DNA from: the human T2T-CHM13v2.0 reference genome, Homo sapiens
Strand: one strand, 5' to 3'
Length of the DNA stretch: 64,000 nucleotides
Assembly (NCBI RefSeq): GCF_009914755.1
Contig: NC_060946.1
Of this stretch, positions 19,255 through 38,063 are shown one piece after another (position 1 is the stretch's first letter; the number at the start of each line of letters is the position of its first letter). A model generated the notes under the pieces. That model was not told the origin of the DNA, did no database searches, and saw only the letters and a list, made by a program, of their open reading frames with translations. A program made the translations under genes and the position numbers.

Positions 19255-19519
19255 AATAAAGGCCCCTGGCCCCCTTGAGAGAGGGCTTGTTGGTGAGGGC
19301 TGACTCCTGGGGGCCCCCAAGGCTCCCCTCCTGTGGGGAGGCCACCTTTTAAGGCACCACTAGCAGTCAGGATATGGTGGCATCAGCCCTGGGGCCTCCT
19401 GGGTGGCAGGGGGGCAGCAGCTCTCCTCCCCACTCACAGGCCCTGCAGTGCTCATTTGGAATTCCTCCCAAGACCCCTGGCCACCCAGACCCCCCATTCT
19501 TCCTAACACTGGCAATAAA
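19255..19519 (+). terminator. CSDC2: CSDC2 poly(A) signals (AATAAA at 19255 and 19514)
   Basis: Two AATAAA hexamers about 1.5 and 1.75 kb after the stop; the distal one is followed by GT-rich sequence. Confidence 0.65.
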
Positions 19520-19784
19520 CCCTCAACTGTGACCCACCGTGGCCTGAAGCTGCCTCTGTGTCAGGGTCCCCAAGGAAGGGGCTGGGGGTGGACACACCAA
19601 ACCAGCTCTTCTTTGGGGATTCAATGGCCCCCTCCTCGACTGCATCAGACTTCCTTTGTGACCTGGGCCAAGTCCCTGCCCTCTCTGTGCTGTTTACTTG
19701 TCGGCAAAGTAGTGGCTGTGACAGCATGTGACTGGGGCCAATTATCCATTCAGACACAGCTGACACCTACTTTGTTCTGGGAAC

Positions 19785-19790
19785 TTTAAT
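19785..19790 (-). terminator. PMM1: PMM1 poly(A) signal ATTAAA
   Basis: tttaat on + reads ATTAAA on -, about 400 nt after the PMM1 stop. Confidence 0.65.
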
Positions 19791-20188
19791 ACTGTGACAA
19801 AGTTCTCTAAAATAGGCACCTTCCCCACCGTACCTCATCGCCCAGGGCAGGCAGGCAGGGCAGGCTAGATCTCGTACCGATACTTGAGCACGCCTCCTCC
19901 TGGTGCAGAAAGAAACCTCTTCTGTACCGAAATACAAGCAGCAGCTGTGGCCTGGGCCACCAGGTGGAGCATGGGGAACACTCTGGGCCCTGGGAGGACG
20001 AAGCCAGTGCCACTAGGAGCAGACTGGCTGGGGACGGTTGTCCACACAGACTCTGGCCCCATCTGGGTGGGCTTGCAGCAGGCGTCCTGGGCCAGAGGAG
20101 GGGCCCTGGCATCTATCCAACACCAGGACCTCTCTTTAGGCCTAGGCCAAACTCTTCAGAAGTCACGACACACAGATGTGGGCCCCGG

Positions 20189-20311
20189 TCACGCCTCATG
20201 AGCTGTCTCTGGGAAGAAAATCTCCCGGCATCGCTGCACCGTGTCCTGAGGAGACACCACGCTGTGGCCAACAGTCCGGGGGTCGGCAAAGATCTCAAAG
20301 TCGTTCCCACC
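20189..20311 (-). CDS. PMM1: PMM1 exon 8
   Basis: GGNDFEIFADPRTVGHSVVSPQDTVQRCREIFFPETAHEA then TGA; GGND motif; AG acceptor at 20312-20313. Confidence 0.97.
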   Translation of the reverse strand, partial: GGNDFEIFADPRTVGHSVVSPQDTVQRCREIFFPETAHEA

Positions 20312-20678
20312 CTGCACACAGAGGATGGGCAGAGGAGGGATATTTAGGTGGAGTCCCTCTCCACATTGGCTGCTACGGACCTGCCCCTCCTCCTGCCCCT
20401 TCAGAACTGCCAGGAAGCCCACCTTCTCACCCCTTGTCAGACCTGCCCTGACTTGCTGTGTGATGTAGAACAAGTGCCCAGCCTCTTGGGGCCCCAGCTT
20501 TCCAATCTGTGTAACGGGGCTGGTGAGCAATGGTTGTTCTCCAGGAGCCCCCTAAGAGGTCTGTTGTGTTGCCCCATGTTCTGGCCTTGACCTCAGGTGA
20601 TTTGCATTGGAGAAGCCACCAGACCTGGCTTCTCACTGTCCACTGCGTTAGGGGAAACCTGGGGTGGGCCACACTCAC

Positions 20679-20794
20679 AGGGCTAGTCTCGTTCCCAAAG
20701 AAGTGGATGGTGTCGAAGCTGTCCTGGTCCAGGCTATCCAGGCAGTAGCGCTTGTCCCAGCCCTCGGGGAAGACGTCAAAGCTGATCATGCCTC
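20679..20794 (-). CDS. PMM1: PMM1 exon 7
   Basis: (G)[38 protein letters not shown]; 116 nt; donor gtgagt. Confidence 0.97.
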
Positions 20795-21676
20795 CTGTGG
20801 GCAGGGGTGGGGACTGTTATTCCCTGCTGGGAGGGGCAGACAAGGCTAACAGAAGGGCTGCTTGTTCATTCATTCATTCAACAACCCTTGAGTGCCTACT
20901 GAGGGCCAGGAATAGGACACGGGACAGACTTAGGATCCTCAAGGAAGTTATGACACAGGTTGGAGAATGAACAAGACCATGAAGTGGGTGGGGGAAGCTC
21001 ATCCGGCCAGGGTGATCAGGGGAGACCTCTGAGGAGGTGGCAATGAGCTGGGACCTGAGCCGAGTGGGGATGGCTGGGGCGCAAAGTACAGCCCCTGAGG
21101 CAGGGAAGAGAACGAGCGTCCCAGCAACGGAGGAGGCCAGGAGAGGTAGGGGGAGGACGGGCAGGCCCTGGGCATCACATGGAGAGGGAGGAAGAGCCTG
21201 GGGAGGACTTTGGGCAGAGGCATGTCATGACTCCAGCTCCAGCCTCTCTGGCCACTGGGGAATGGGTGAGGTGGCAGAGGGGAGCCCAGTTGTGTCAGGG
21301 TCAGTTGGAGCCTGGGACAAGCTGCTGGCAGTGGAAGTGTGAGCACCGGTGGGATTCCAGACAGGGGGCCCTGTGACTTCTAGGAGTTTGGACTTGGGAA
21401 GGGGTGGGGGAGAGCATTCAAGGGAGAGGCTCTGGTTTTTTGGCCTGAGAAACTGGGTGGGCATGGGGCGTTTACCTCTGAGGTATGAGGTGGGGAAAAC
21501 TGGGGGCCAGTAAACACTGAACCCCTTTCTGCATCGGGCTCAGCCACCCTCTCTGCCCTGAGCCGGGGAGGGGCTACTAAAGCTACTGGGGGCCACAGCC
21601 TGGTCTTGGCAGGGGCAGATGGTTTGAGGAGGGGCCCTGTACCAGGCCTCCCAGGTCCTCTGCAGGGTGGACGTAC

Positions 21677-21752
21677 CTCGAGAGAACCTCAGCCCTTTGC
21701 CAGCAAACTCTGTTTTCAGGGCTTCCACGAACTTCTCCCGGATCTTCTCTTT
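21677..21752 (-). CDS. PMM1: PMM1 exon 6
   Basis: KEKIREKFVEALKTEFAGKGLRFSR; 76 nt; ctgcag acceptor, gtacgt donor. Confidence 0.96.
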
Positions 21753-23570
21753 CTGCAGAGGGGAGGGAGCGGATGGCAGCTCAGAGGACCTGCTGTGTGC
21801 CAGGCCCTGGCTGGGCACACAGTCCACGTGAGCGTGCTGAGCATTCTAGGTGGGTAGGACCCCCAACTGTGCAGATGCGCAAACTAAGGCTCAGAGAGGG
21901 GTTGTGCCTTGGTCAAGGTCACCTAGCCCTGGTGGCAGAGCCAGGGCCTAAATCCAGAAGGGATGGGGCTGCCAATGGGGCTGTGGGCTGGGTCTTCTGA
22001 AGGAGACCTCAGAGGAGAGACACGAGTAGGAAGGGCGAGGAGACGGGGCAATCTGGATCCCACATCAGTGTCCACCTCAGGGCAGGGCTCGATCCTGTTA
22101 TCTGTAACCAGCTCAACAAAGCAAATACTCAGAAATGAGCATGGGAGCTGAGAGCAGGAGACCTGTGAGGAGGTGGCTGTGGGCATTCACAGAGGGCAGC
22201 AGGATGCCAGGCATGGCAGAGCACCCAGCATGCAAAGACGCGGCTGGGCTGGGGACTAGGTAGTGCCCAGGCCGGCCCCGTCCCTCTGAGCAGGAACTCT
22301 GGCAGCAGCTCCGCAAACGTGGAGCAGGGGGACATTCTCCCCGCCAGCCCCCAGGATCTCCATCTCAGAGGGCCACAAAGGGGAGCAGCTATGCCCAGTC
22401 TGAGGGGCAGCTGAACATCTAAACCAGCCAGCAGGACATTCAGCTGACAGAGGGTCTCGAGACCGGGCTGGGAAGTCTGACCACATCCTGGGGGACCAAG
22501 AGGCGCTGAGGATTCTGGAGCACAGGAGTGGGGTGGCTGGTATGGCCCTGTAGTCAGAGCCGGGTAGGACTGGGGCGGAAAGGCAGGCAGTGGTCAGCAG
22601 CATGGAGCTTGGAGAAGTGGCCCAGGGAGGATGTCAGATATAAAGCCAGACACCCCCTAGCCTGAGATCTGAAGGCAAGTAGCCAGGCTTGGCTACTGTA
22701 CTCCTCAGCTGTGTGACCATGGGCAAGTCACCTGACCTCTCTGAGCCTATTTCCTGGACTAAAGGACAGAGAAGTAATGAATGACCCCTGCCTGCTTCCC
22801 TCTCATGGAAAAGCAGAGATAAGGGATGTGAGCCCCCTGCCAGCCTTGGCCTGGCTTTCCAGCAGGTAGGTGGGCCCCAGGGAGGCCAGAGTCCCCACCA
22901 GCGTCCACTCTGTAGGCCCAGGGCTACCACTAAGACTGCCCCAGGCTCTGAAGAAATGTTTCCACATGGCCGAGGCTGGCTGCACCTCCCTTCTCTGGAG
23001 AACAAGGCTGGTCACTAGACAGCCCCATGTGCAAGGCCAGCCTCAGCAGGGACCGGCACTGTGACCTCGAGCTGGTTACTCACCCTCTGGCCTCAGTGTC
23101 CTCATCTAAGGAAGGGAAGTACTCATCCCCGCTTCAGGGTTCTGGAAGATGAGCTGGGTTAAGCATTTATTTACACCAGCTCTGGGCCAGGGCAGGGCGC
23201 ACAGATCAGGAAGGTTCATGCTCCTCCAGTGCCAGAAGGGAGCAAACAAGAGCCAAAAATACTTGAGAAGGCTCTGGGGTGGGGAGTTAGGGTGTGGCTC
23301 CCCAACTCCATGCCAGGTGGGGTCCATGTGCCACCTCATCCAGTCCTCATGACAGCCCATGGGATGGGAACTGCTATTACCCCCACCTTACACATAAGGA
23401 AACTGAGGCACACGTTAGTAAAGATGCTTTTCCAGGTTACAAGGCAAATGGGTAGAGCTGGGACTGGGAACCTGGGTGGACAGGAAGGGATAACTTCTCA
23501 GCACGTGTATTGGGGGGGAAGGGTTCTTTGCCTAAGACCAATCCTAACTACCCCAAAAAAAAAGTCCCCG

Positions 23571-26374
<2,804 letters not shown>

Positions 26375-26829
26375 AGGTTCTCAGTGGCATTGCTGGAGAG
26401 CAGGCTGGCAGGGCTATGCAAGGGGTAGGGAGGGACAGAGAGGAAAGTTGGGGCAGCCTGGGGCTGGGGAAAGGGGTAATCTAGAAAGTGGGGTCTCAGT
26501 TCTGCAGATGAACAGATTTGACACTGACTCGAGAGGCTGATGAAATAAGAGTTGTTGGACCCGATGTGGGTGGGAAGGTGGAAATGATGTTCCCAGGTGT
26601 TGGCCTGGCTCAGTGGGTGGCTGCCTGGTGCTGGTCACCTAGGAAGGGGGACCAGCAGCATTGTAAAGATGCAGGTGTGTCTACAACAATGGCACACAGT
26701 AGGTGCCTGAAAGGGTATCAGTTAAATCAGAACACATCCCCCAGTCTATTTTACTGATGAGAAAATAAAGGCTCAGATAAATTGAGTGACTGAGGCCCTA
26801 CAGGCCTAAGATTGCATAGCTAGTGGTAC

Positions 26830-26929
26830 CTTGTCCAGTTCGGAGAACTCGATCCTCTCCTCCAGGGTGCAGCTCCGGCCGATGGGCGAGATGTTCAGCA
26901 TGCCATTCCGGAACTCGATGAAGGTTCCA
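26830..26929 (-). CDS. PMM1: PMM1 exon 5
   Basis: [33 protein letters not shown]; 100 nt; conserved PMM cap-domain motifs. Confidence 0.97.
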
Positions 26930-27151
26930 CTGGTGGTGAGGGAGGGCGGGGAGCCAGAGAGAACCAGAACGGCCCTGAATTCAAATCTAGCCCCACCTGG
27001 GACCCCAGCCTCCTAGGACTTCAAAGGGGACAAGAATCCACACTCCCCGCAAAAAATCAGGGGCCCAAGTATCTCCAGGTTCCCTCTGAGGGACCCACAC
27101 TTCTCCTCCCTCAGGCCCCAGGTTCTGGAGACCAGGCTGGTGGGACCTCAC

Positions 27152-27243
27152 CGCTTCTTGGGCAGCCTGAGCAGGGCCATGTAGCTGAGGCAGAAGTTGA
27201 TCAAGTCCTGCAGCAGCTCCTCCCCCAGGTGGTTCTGGATGGT
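27152..27243 (-). CDS. PMM1: PMM1 exon 4
   Basis: [30 protein letters not shown](R); 92 nt; donor gtgagg. Confidence 0.97.
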
Positions 27244-27397
27244 CTGGCCAAGGAACACAGGGCTCTGAGCGTGGCCTGGGCTGCCTGACCCTGAGACAGG
27301 CACAGTGTCTCTCCCCCAGCCCAGGACAGAAGCCCCCTTGGACTGCTCCACTATGGAAAAGTGGGGTGCCCCTGGCTAAGCCCTGGGGGACACTGAC

Positions 27398-27474
27398 CTG
27401 CTTGGAGAGCAGTCGTCCGTGCTTATACTGCACCGTCCCGTTCTCGGCAAACACATAATCAAACTTCTCAATGA
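27398..27474 (-). CDS. PMM1: PMM1 exon 3
   Basis: (V)IEKFDYVFAENGTVQYKHGRLLSKQ; ENG motif; 77 nt; AAG acceptor, gtcagt donor. Confidence 0.96.
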
Positions 27475-28315
27475 CTTCAGGGTCACATAGAGGACAGGAG
27501 GAAGAAAGAGTGTGAGACCACGTCTGTGACCCCACGGGCAAGTAAAGAGAGAGGAAGCCTACACCCTTGGTTTCACATTCAAAGGCCATTTGTTCAATCT
27601 GAGGCTACAACCTGCTTCTCCAGCCTTTCTCCCTCTGCAGCTTGGTTTTCTTCCAAAGAAGCCAGTCACACCTGTGGGCCTCTGCACACAGGCATCCATG
27701 CAGGTCCTTCTGTCAGAACCGCCCTTCCCTGGCTTCCCTGCCACTCATCCTCCAAGATTCAGCTTCCTCCTCTGGAAGCCATGCAGTACTCTCTGGCAGA
27801 GGGCATCATTTCCACTCTGTGCTCCCCTGCCCCTCTGCAGAGGGGCTCCCTTCTGTTCTATAGCTGCCATCGCACTGGGTTCTCAAGGCTGGCTGCATGG
27901 GAGAGTTGGAGGTTTCAGCTCTGACTGCCAGGCGAAGCAGTTGGAGTGGGTGGGAGGTGGGAGGCACAGGGAGCACAGCCCAGAGGCTGTTGCGGGGTCT
28001 GGGTGGCACGTGGTTACCTGGACTATGATGGCGTGGTGGAGATGGAGACAGAGGGGACAGGGAGATATTTTGGGGTTTGCTGATGGAATAAACAAGAGGT
28101 GGGGAAAAGGAAAAATTCGAGGAAGTTTCTGGCTTGAGGAACTGGAGGCACCCACTTTGACTGGGCTGAGACCAGGGGCTCTGAGGTCCAGTCGATTTCC
28201 TGGATAACTTCAGAGTCATCCTCTGTTAAATGGGATGATCACGCCTACTCTAAAGTGTGATTGTGGGGATCAAATGCAATGACATTAACACATGATCATT
28301 TTTGACAAATGGTAG

Positions 28316-31515
<3,200 letters not shown>

Positions 31516-32249
31516 AAGCAAATGGCCCACCTTTGCTCCAGTCCTGCTATCTTCCTCCCGGATCCACCCCTGCAGGAAGGCCTCCAGGGCCCAAGCCAGG
31601 GCAACTTCACCACAGAGGATGGGGAGGGGCATTCGGGACCTAAGAGAGGAGGCTAAGACCTGGGTTCCCATCAGCCACTGCCCAGTAAAGCCCATCCCAC
31701 TGCTCCCCCACGCTAGGAGACCTGTTGGTTGGTCCTTGAGGCCCCCAGACTGGAGGGTGGGTTACCCACAGGGAGGGCATGAATGAAGCCTGCTTACTGA
31801 TGCATCCAGCTGGTGAGGGGGCTTTTGGGGACTCACTCACAATGAGACCCAATGGGAGAAAAACTGAGCAGAGGTAAGAGGCTCAACACAGCGAGAGTCT
31901 TTAGAAGAAAACTAGACTCTTACCCTCACTATTCCTCAGTGTCCTCACAGCAAACAGGCTAGGCCTGGAGCCTCTCACATCCGGGTGGGTAGAGCTCATA
32001 AACGAATTTGAAAAGAAGCCCTCTCTGCTCCACGACTGGGGGTGGAAGGTAAAGTGGGTGATGGGGCTTCAGAAACTAGACCCAGTCCCAGGCCTGCAAA
32101 GGTCGGGGTGGGAAGACTCCGAGACGCCCTGTCTCCCACCAGATGATGACTGACGCTTGGCTGTGTGCTTGTGTGCCTGGAACCCCGGTTCAGAAGCCAG
32201 CTCCGACCACTGGTGTGTCGTAGGGCTGAACTAGGGTGGGATCCCCAGC

Positions 32250-33110
32250 TCAGGAGGCGGGGGCGTCCGTGAGCCAGGCCTTAGCGGCGTGTGACAGCCT
32301 CCGGGGAGGGAGGGAGCTAGGCCCCTGCTCGCAGCCTCCTCCCTCCAGTACTGGATCCAACCCCAGCACTCCCAAGCAGAACACAGGCAAGGACGCTGCG
32401 GGGTCAGTGACGTGAGGGCCAGGTCCCCTCACTCCCGGTGGGTGGCCCCGGATGTCAGGGGGCCGGGTACCGCCGCATCCCACACTCGGTCCCCGGGTGT
32501 CCACGGTCACGCTGCTGCAGACCCCACACTCAGCCTCGGGGGTGTCCGCGTGACACTCCCGGTGGGAGCTTCCAATCTTCAGGGTCCTACCTGGCGAGCC
32601 GGCGTGAGGGTCCCGTCCACGTCAAACAGGCAGAGGACGCGCTCCTTCCTGCGGGCTGCCTGGGCGGTGACTGCCATGGCTGCAGGTCCGCGCGCGGGGC
32701 GGAGTCCCGAAGATGCAACGGCAGAAGCAGCTCAGGGATAAGTGCTGACGGGGCGGGGCATTAGGGGGCGGGGGCCAGTGGACTGCCTGATTGGCCAAAT
32801 GAAGAAGGGGCGTGGTCTAGGCGGGCGGAAGCGGGGGCGGGGCCTGAGCTGATTCTCATTGCTCGTGGAGGAGGGGAGCGCGGCATAGGGCGGAGCGGAG
32901 CCCTCCAGGTTCGATTGGATTGCTCCAAACAAGGCGGAGGAGGGGCCTGAGCCTGGGACCCGCAGGAAGTGAGAGGGTGAACCCGGAAGACAGGGGCGGG
33001 GCCAGAATTGGCGGGTTGATAGTGATTGCAACAGGCCGATTAAGGGGCTGGGTCGGGCGGGGCCTCTACCATGCAGTGCAGTGTCTAGTGGGCCAGGCGG
33101 GACTAAGAGA
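32250..33110 (-). promoter_or_regulatory. PMM1: PMM1 CpG-island promoter
   Basis: CpG-rich; GC boxes at about 32750, 32765 and 32834; CCAAT (ATTGG on +) at 32790 and 32914; ETS CAGGAAGT at 32963; no TATA seen. Confidence 0.85.
32591..32677 (-). CDS. PMM1: PMM1 exon 1 coding part (phosphomannomutase 1, HAD family)
   Basis: Kozak gcagccATGG; MAVTAQAARRKERVLCLFDVDGTLTPARQ carries the HAD DxDGT nucleophile motif. Eight exons sum to 789 nt = 262 aa. Confidence 0.97.
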
Positions 33111-33194
33111 GCCGAGGTCGCTCCCCATCCACTCTCACAAGGTTTGTGGCCATCTCTTTGCCTTACAAATTTTGAGCTGTAGGAAATCTCCTGA

Positions 33195-36025
<2,831 letters not shown>

Positions 36026-36225
36026 GATCCCCAGGCACAATTCTTGTTTTTCTGACTGGGTAGCTATGGTGTCCTGGAGAGATCATTGGAGTTGGAATCA
36101 GGAGAACTGCAGTTTGGTCCTGGCTAACTACAAGGACTTGGACAGGTCACCTTTCCTCACTGGGCTTCAGTTTCTTTATATGTAATGAGGATATAAACCC
36201 CACGTGATAGAACTATGAAAGGTGA

Positions 36226-37756
36226 TGAGAGGTGACAGCGTACTAGCAGCCCTCGCTCACTCTTGGTGCCTCCTCAGCCTCGGCGCCCATTCTGGCCGTG
36301 CTTGAGGAGCCCTTCAGCCCGCCGCTGCACTGTGGGAGCCCTTCTCTGGGCTGGCCGAGGCCGGCGCCGGCTCCCTCGGCTTGCGGGGAGGTGTGGAGGG
36401 AGAGGCACGGGCGGGAACCGGGGCTGCAAGCGGCGCTTGCGGGCCAGCTAGAGTTCTGGGTGGGCGTGGGCTTGGCGGGCCCCGCACTCAGAGCGGCAGG
36501 CCGTGCCGGCCCGAGCAGTGAAGGGCTTAGCAGCCGGGCCAGCAGCTGTGGAGGGTGCGCCGGGTCCCCCAGCAGTGCCGGCCCACCGGCGCTGCGCTCG
36601 ATTTCTCACAGGGCCTTAGCTGCCTCCCCGCTGGGCAGGGATCGGACCTGCAGCCCGCCATGCCTGAGCCTACCCTCTGCCGTGGGCTCCTGCGCAGACA
36701 GAGCCTCCCCGGCGAGCGCCGCCCCCTGCTCCATGGCGCCCAGTCCCATCGACCACCCAAGGGTTGAGGAGTACGGGCGCACGGCGCGGGACTGGCAGGC
36801 AGCTCCACCTGCAGCCCCGGTACAAGATGCACTGGGTGAAGCCAACTGGGCTCCTGAGTCTGGTGGGGACTTGGAGAACCTTTATGTCTAGCTAAGGGAT
36901 TGTAAATACACCAATCGGCACTCTGTATCTAGCTCAAGGTTTGTAAACACACCAATCAGCAGCCTGTCTAGCTCAGGGTTTGTGAATGCACCAGTCGACA
37001 CTCTGTGTCTAGCTACTCTGGTGGGGACTTGGAGAACCTTTGTGTCCGCACTCTGTAACTAGCTAATCTAGTTGGGACGTGGAGAACTTTTGTGTCTAGC
37101 TCAGGGATTGTAAAGGCACCAATCAGCACCCTGTCAAAACGGACCAATCAGCTCTCTGTAAAACAGACCAATTGGCTCTCTGTAAAATGGACCAATCAGC
37201 AGGATGTGGGTGGGGGGGTGGGGGGGCGGTGGGGGGGTGGGGGAGGCGGTGGGGGGGTGGGGGAGGCGGTGGGGGGGTGGGGGAGGCGGTGGGGGGGTGG
37301 GGGAGGCGGTGGGGGGGTGGGGGTGGGGGCGGGGGTGGTGGCGGGGGTGGGGGGGGCGGTGGGGGCGGGGGGTGGCGGGGGTGGGGGTGGGGGGCCAGAT
37401 AAGAGAATAAAAGCAGGCTGCCAGGAGCCAGCAGTAGCAACCCTCTGGGGTCCCCTTCCGCAACGTGGAAGGTTTGTTCTTTCGCTCTTTGGGTCCACAC
37501 TGCCTTTATAAACTGCAACACTCACTGCGAAGGTCTGCAGCTTCACTCCTGAAGCCAGTGAGACCACGAACACAACCAGCAGGAACGAATAACTCCAGAC
37601 TGGCAGCCTTAAGAGCTGTAACACTCACCGCGAAGGTCTGCAGCTTCACTCCTGATCCAGCGCGACCACGAAGCCACCGGAAGGAAGAAACTCCGAACAC
37701 ATCCGAACGTCAGAAGGAACAAACTCCGGACACGCCACCTTTAAGAACTGTAACAC
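36226..37756 (+). mobile_element. ERV9 solo LTR (LTR12 family, C/D/E-like), 3'-truncated
   Basis: Starts TGAGAGGTGACAGCG and is CpG-rich at the 5' end. Repeated CACCAATCAGCAC and TCTAGCT units, CCAAT boxes at 36911-37196, AGATAAGAGAATAAAAGCAGGCTG core at 37397-37420, then CTGTAACACTCACCGCGAAGGTCTGCAGCTTCACTCCTGA-type repeats. Confidence 0.92.
37206..37394. repeat. G-rich minisatellite inside the LTR12
   Basis: Four exact copies of GGGGGGGTGGGGGAGGCGGT at 37231-37310 plus degenerate flanking units. Confidence 0.9.
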
Positions 37757-38063
37757 GGCCGGCGCGGTGGCTCACGCCTGTAATCCCAGCACTTTGGGAG
37801 GCCGAGGCGGTGGATCACGAGGTCAGGAGTCCGAGACCAGCCTGACCAACATGGTGAAACCCCGTCTCTACTAAAAATACAAAAATGAGCCGGGCGTGGT
37901 GGCGCATGCCTGTAATCCCAGCTACTCAGGTGACTGAGGCAGGAGCATCGCATGAACCCAGAGGTTGCAGTGAGCCGAGATCGCACCACGGCCCTCCAGC
38001 CTGGGTGACAGAGCAAGACTCTGTGTCAAAAAAACCAAAACAAAACAAAACAAAAAAACCAAA
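37757..38063 (+). mobile_element. Alu abutting the truncated LTR12 end
   Basis: GGCCGGCGCGGTGGCTC start and (CAAAA)n tail; no matching TSD on the 3' side. Confidence 0.9.

Noticed and set aside
26987-27589. 200-aa minus-strand ORF containing VIEKFDYVFAENG
   Set aside because: This is PMM1 exon 3 read through its flanking introns; the 154-nt intron 3 shifts the frame, so it is not a separate gene
36870-37200. Spaced repeats (TCTAGCT..., CACCAATCAGC) superficially like a CRISPR array
   Set aside because: These are normal ERV9 U3 enhancer repeats in a eukaryotic genome; no unique spacers or cas genes
36298-37624. 197-aa ORF and poly-Gly/poly-Pro ORFs
   Set aside because: They lie inside the GC-rich LTR12 and the G array; no gag, pol or env similarity visible
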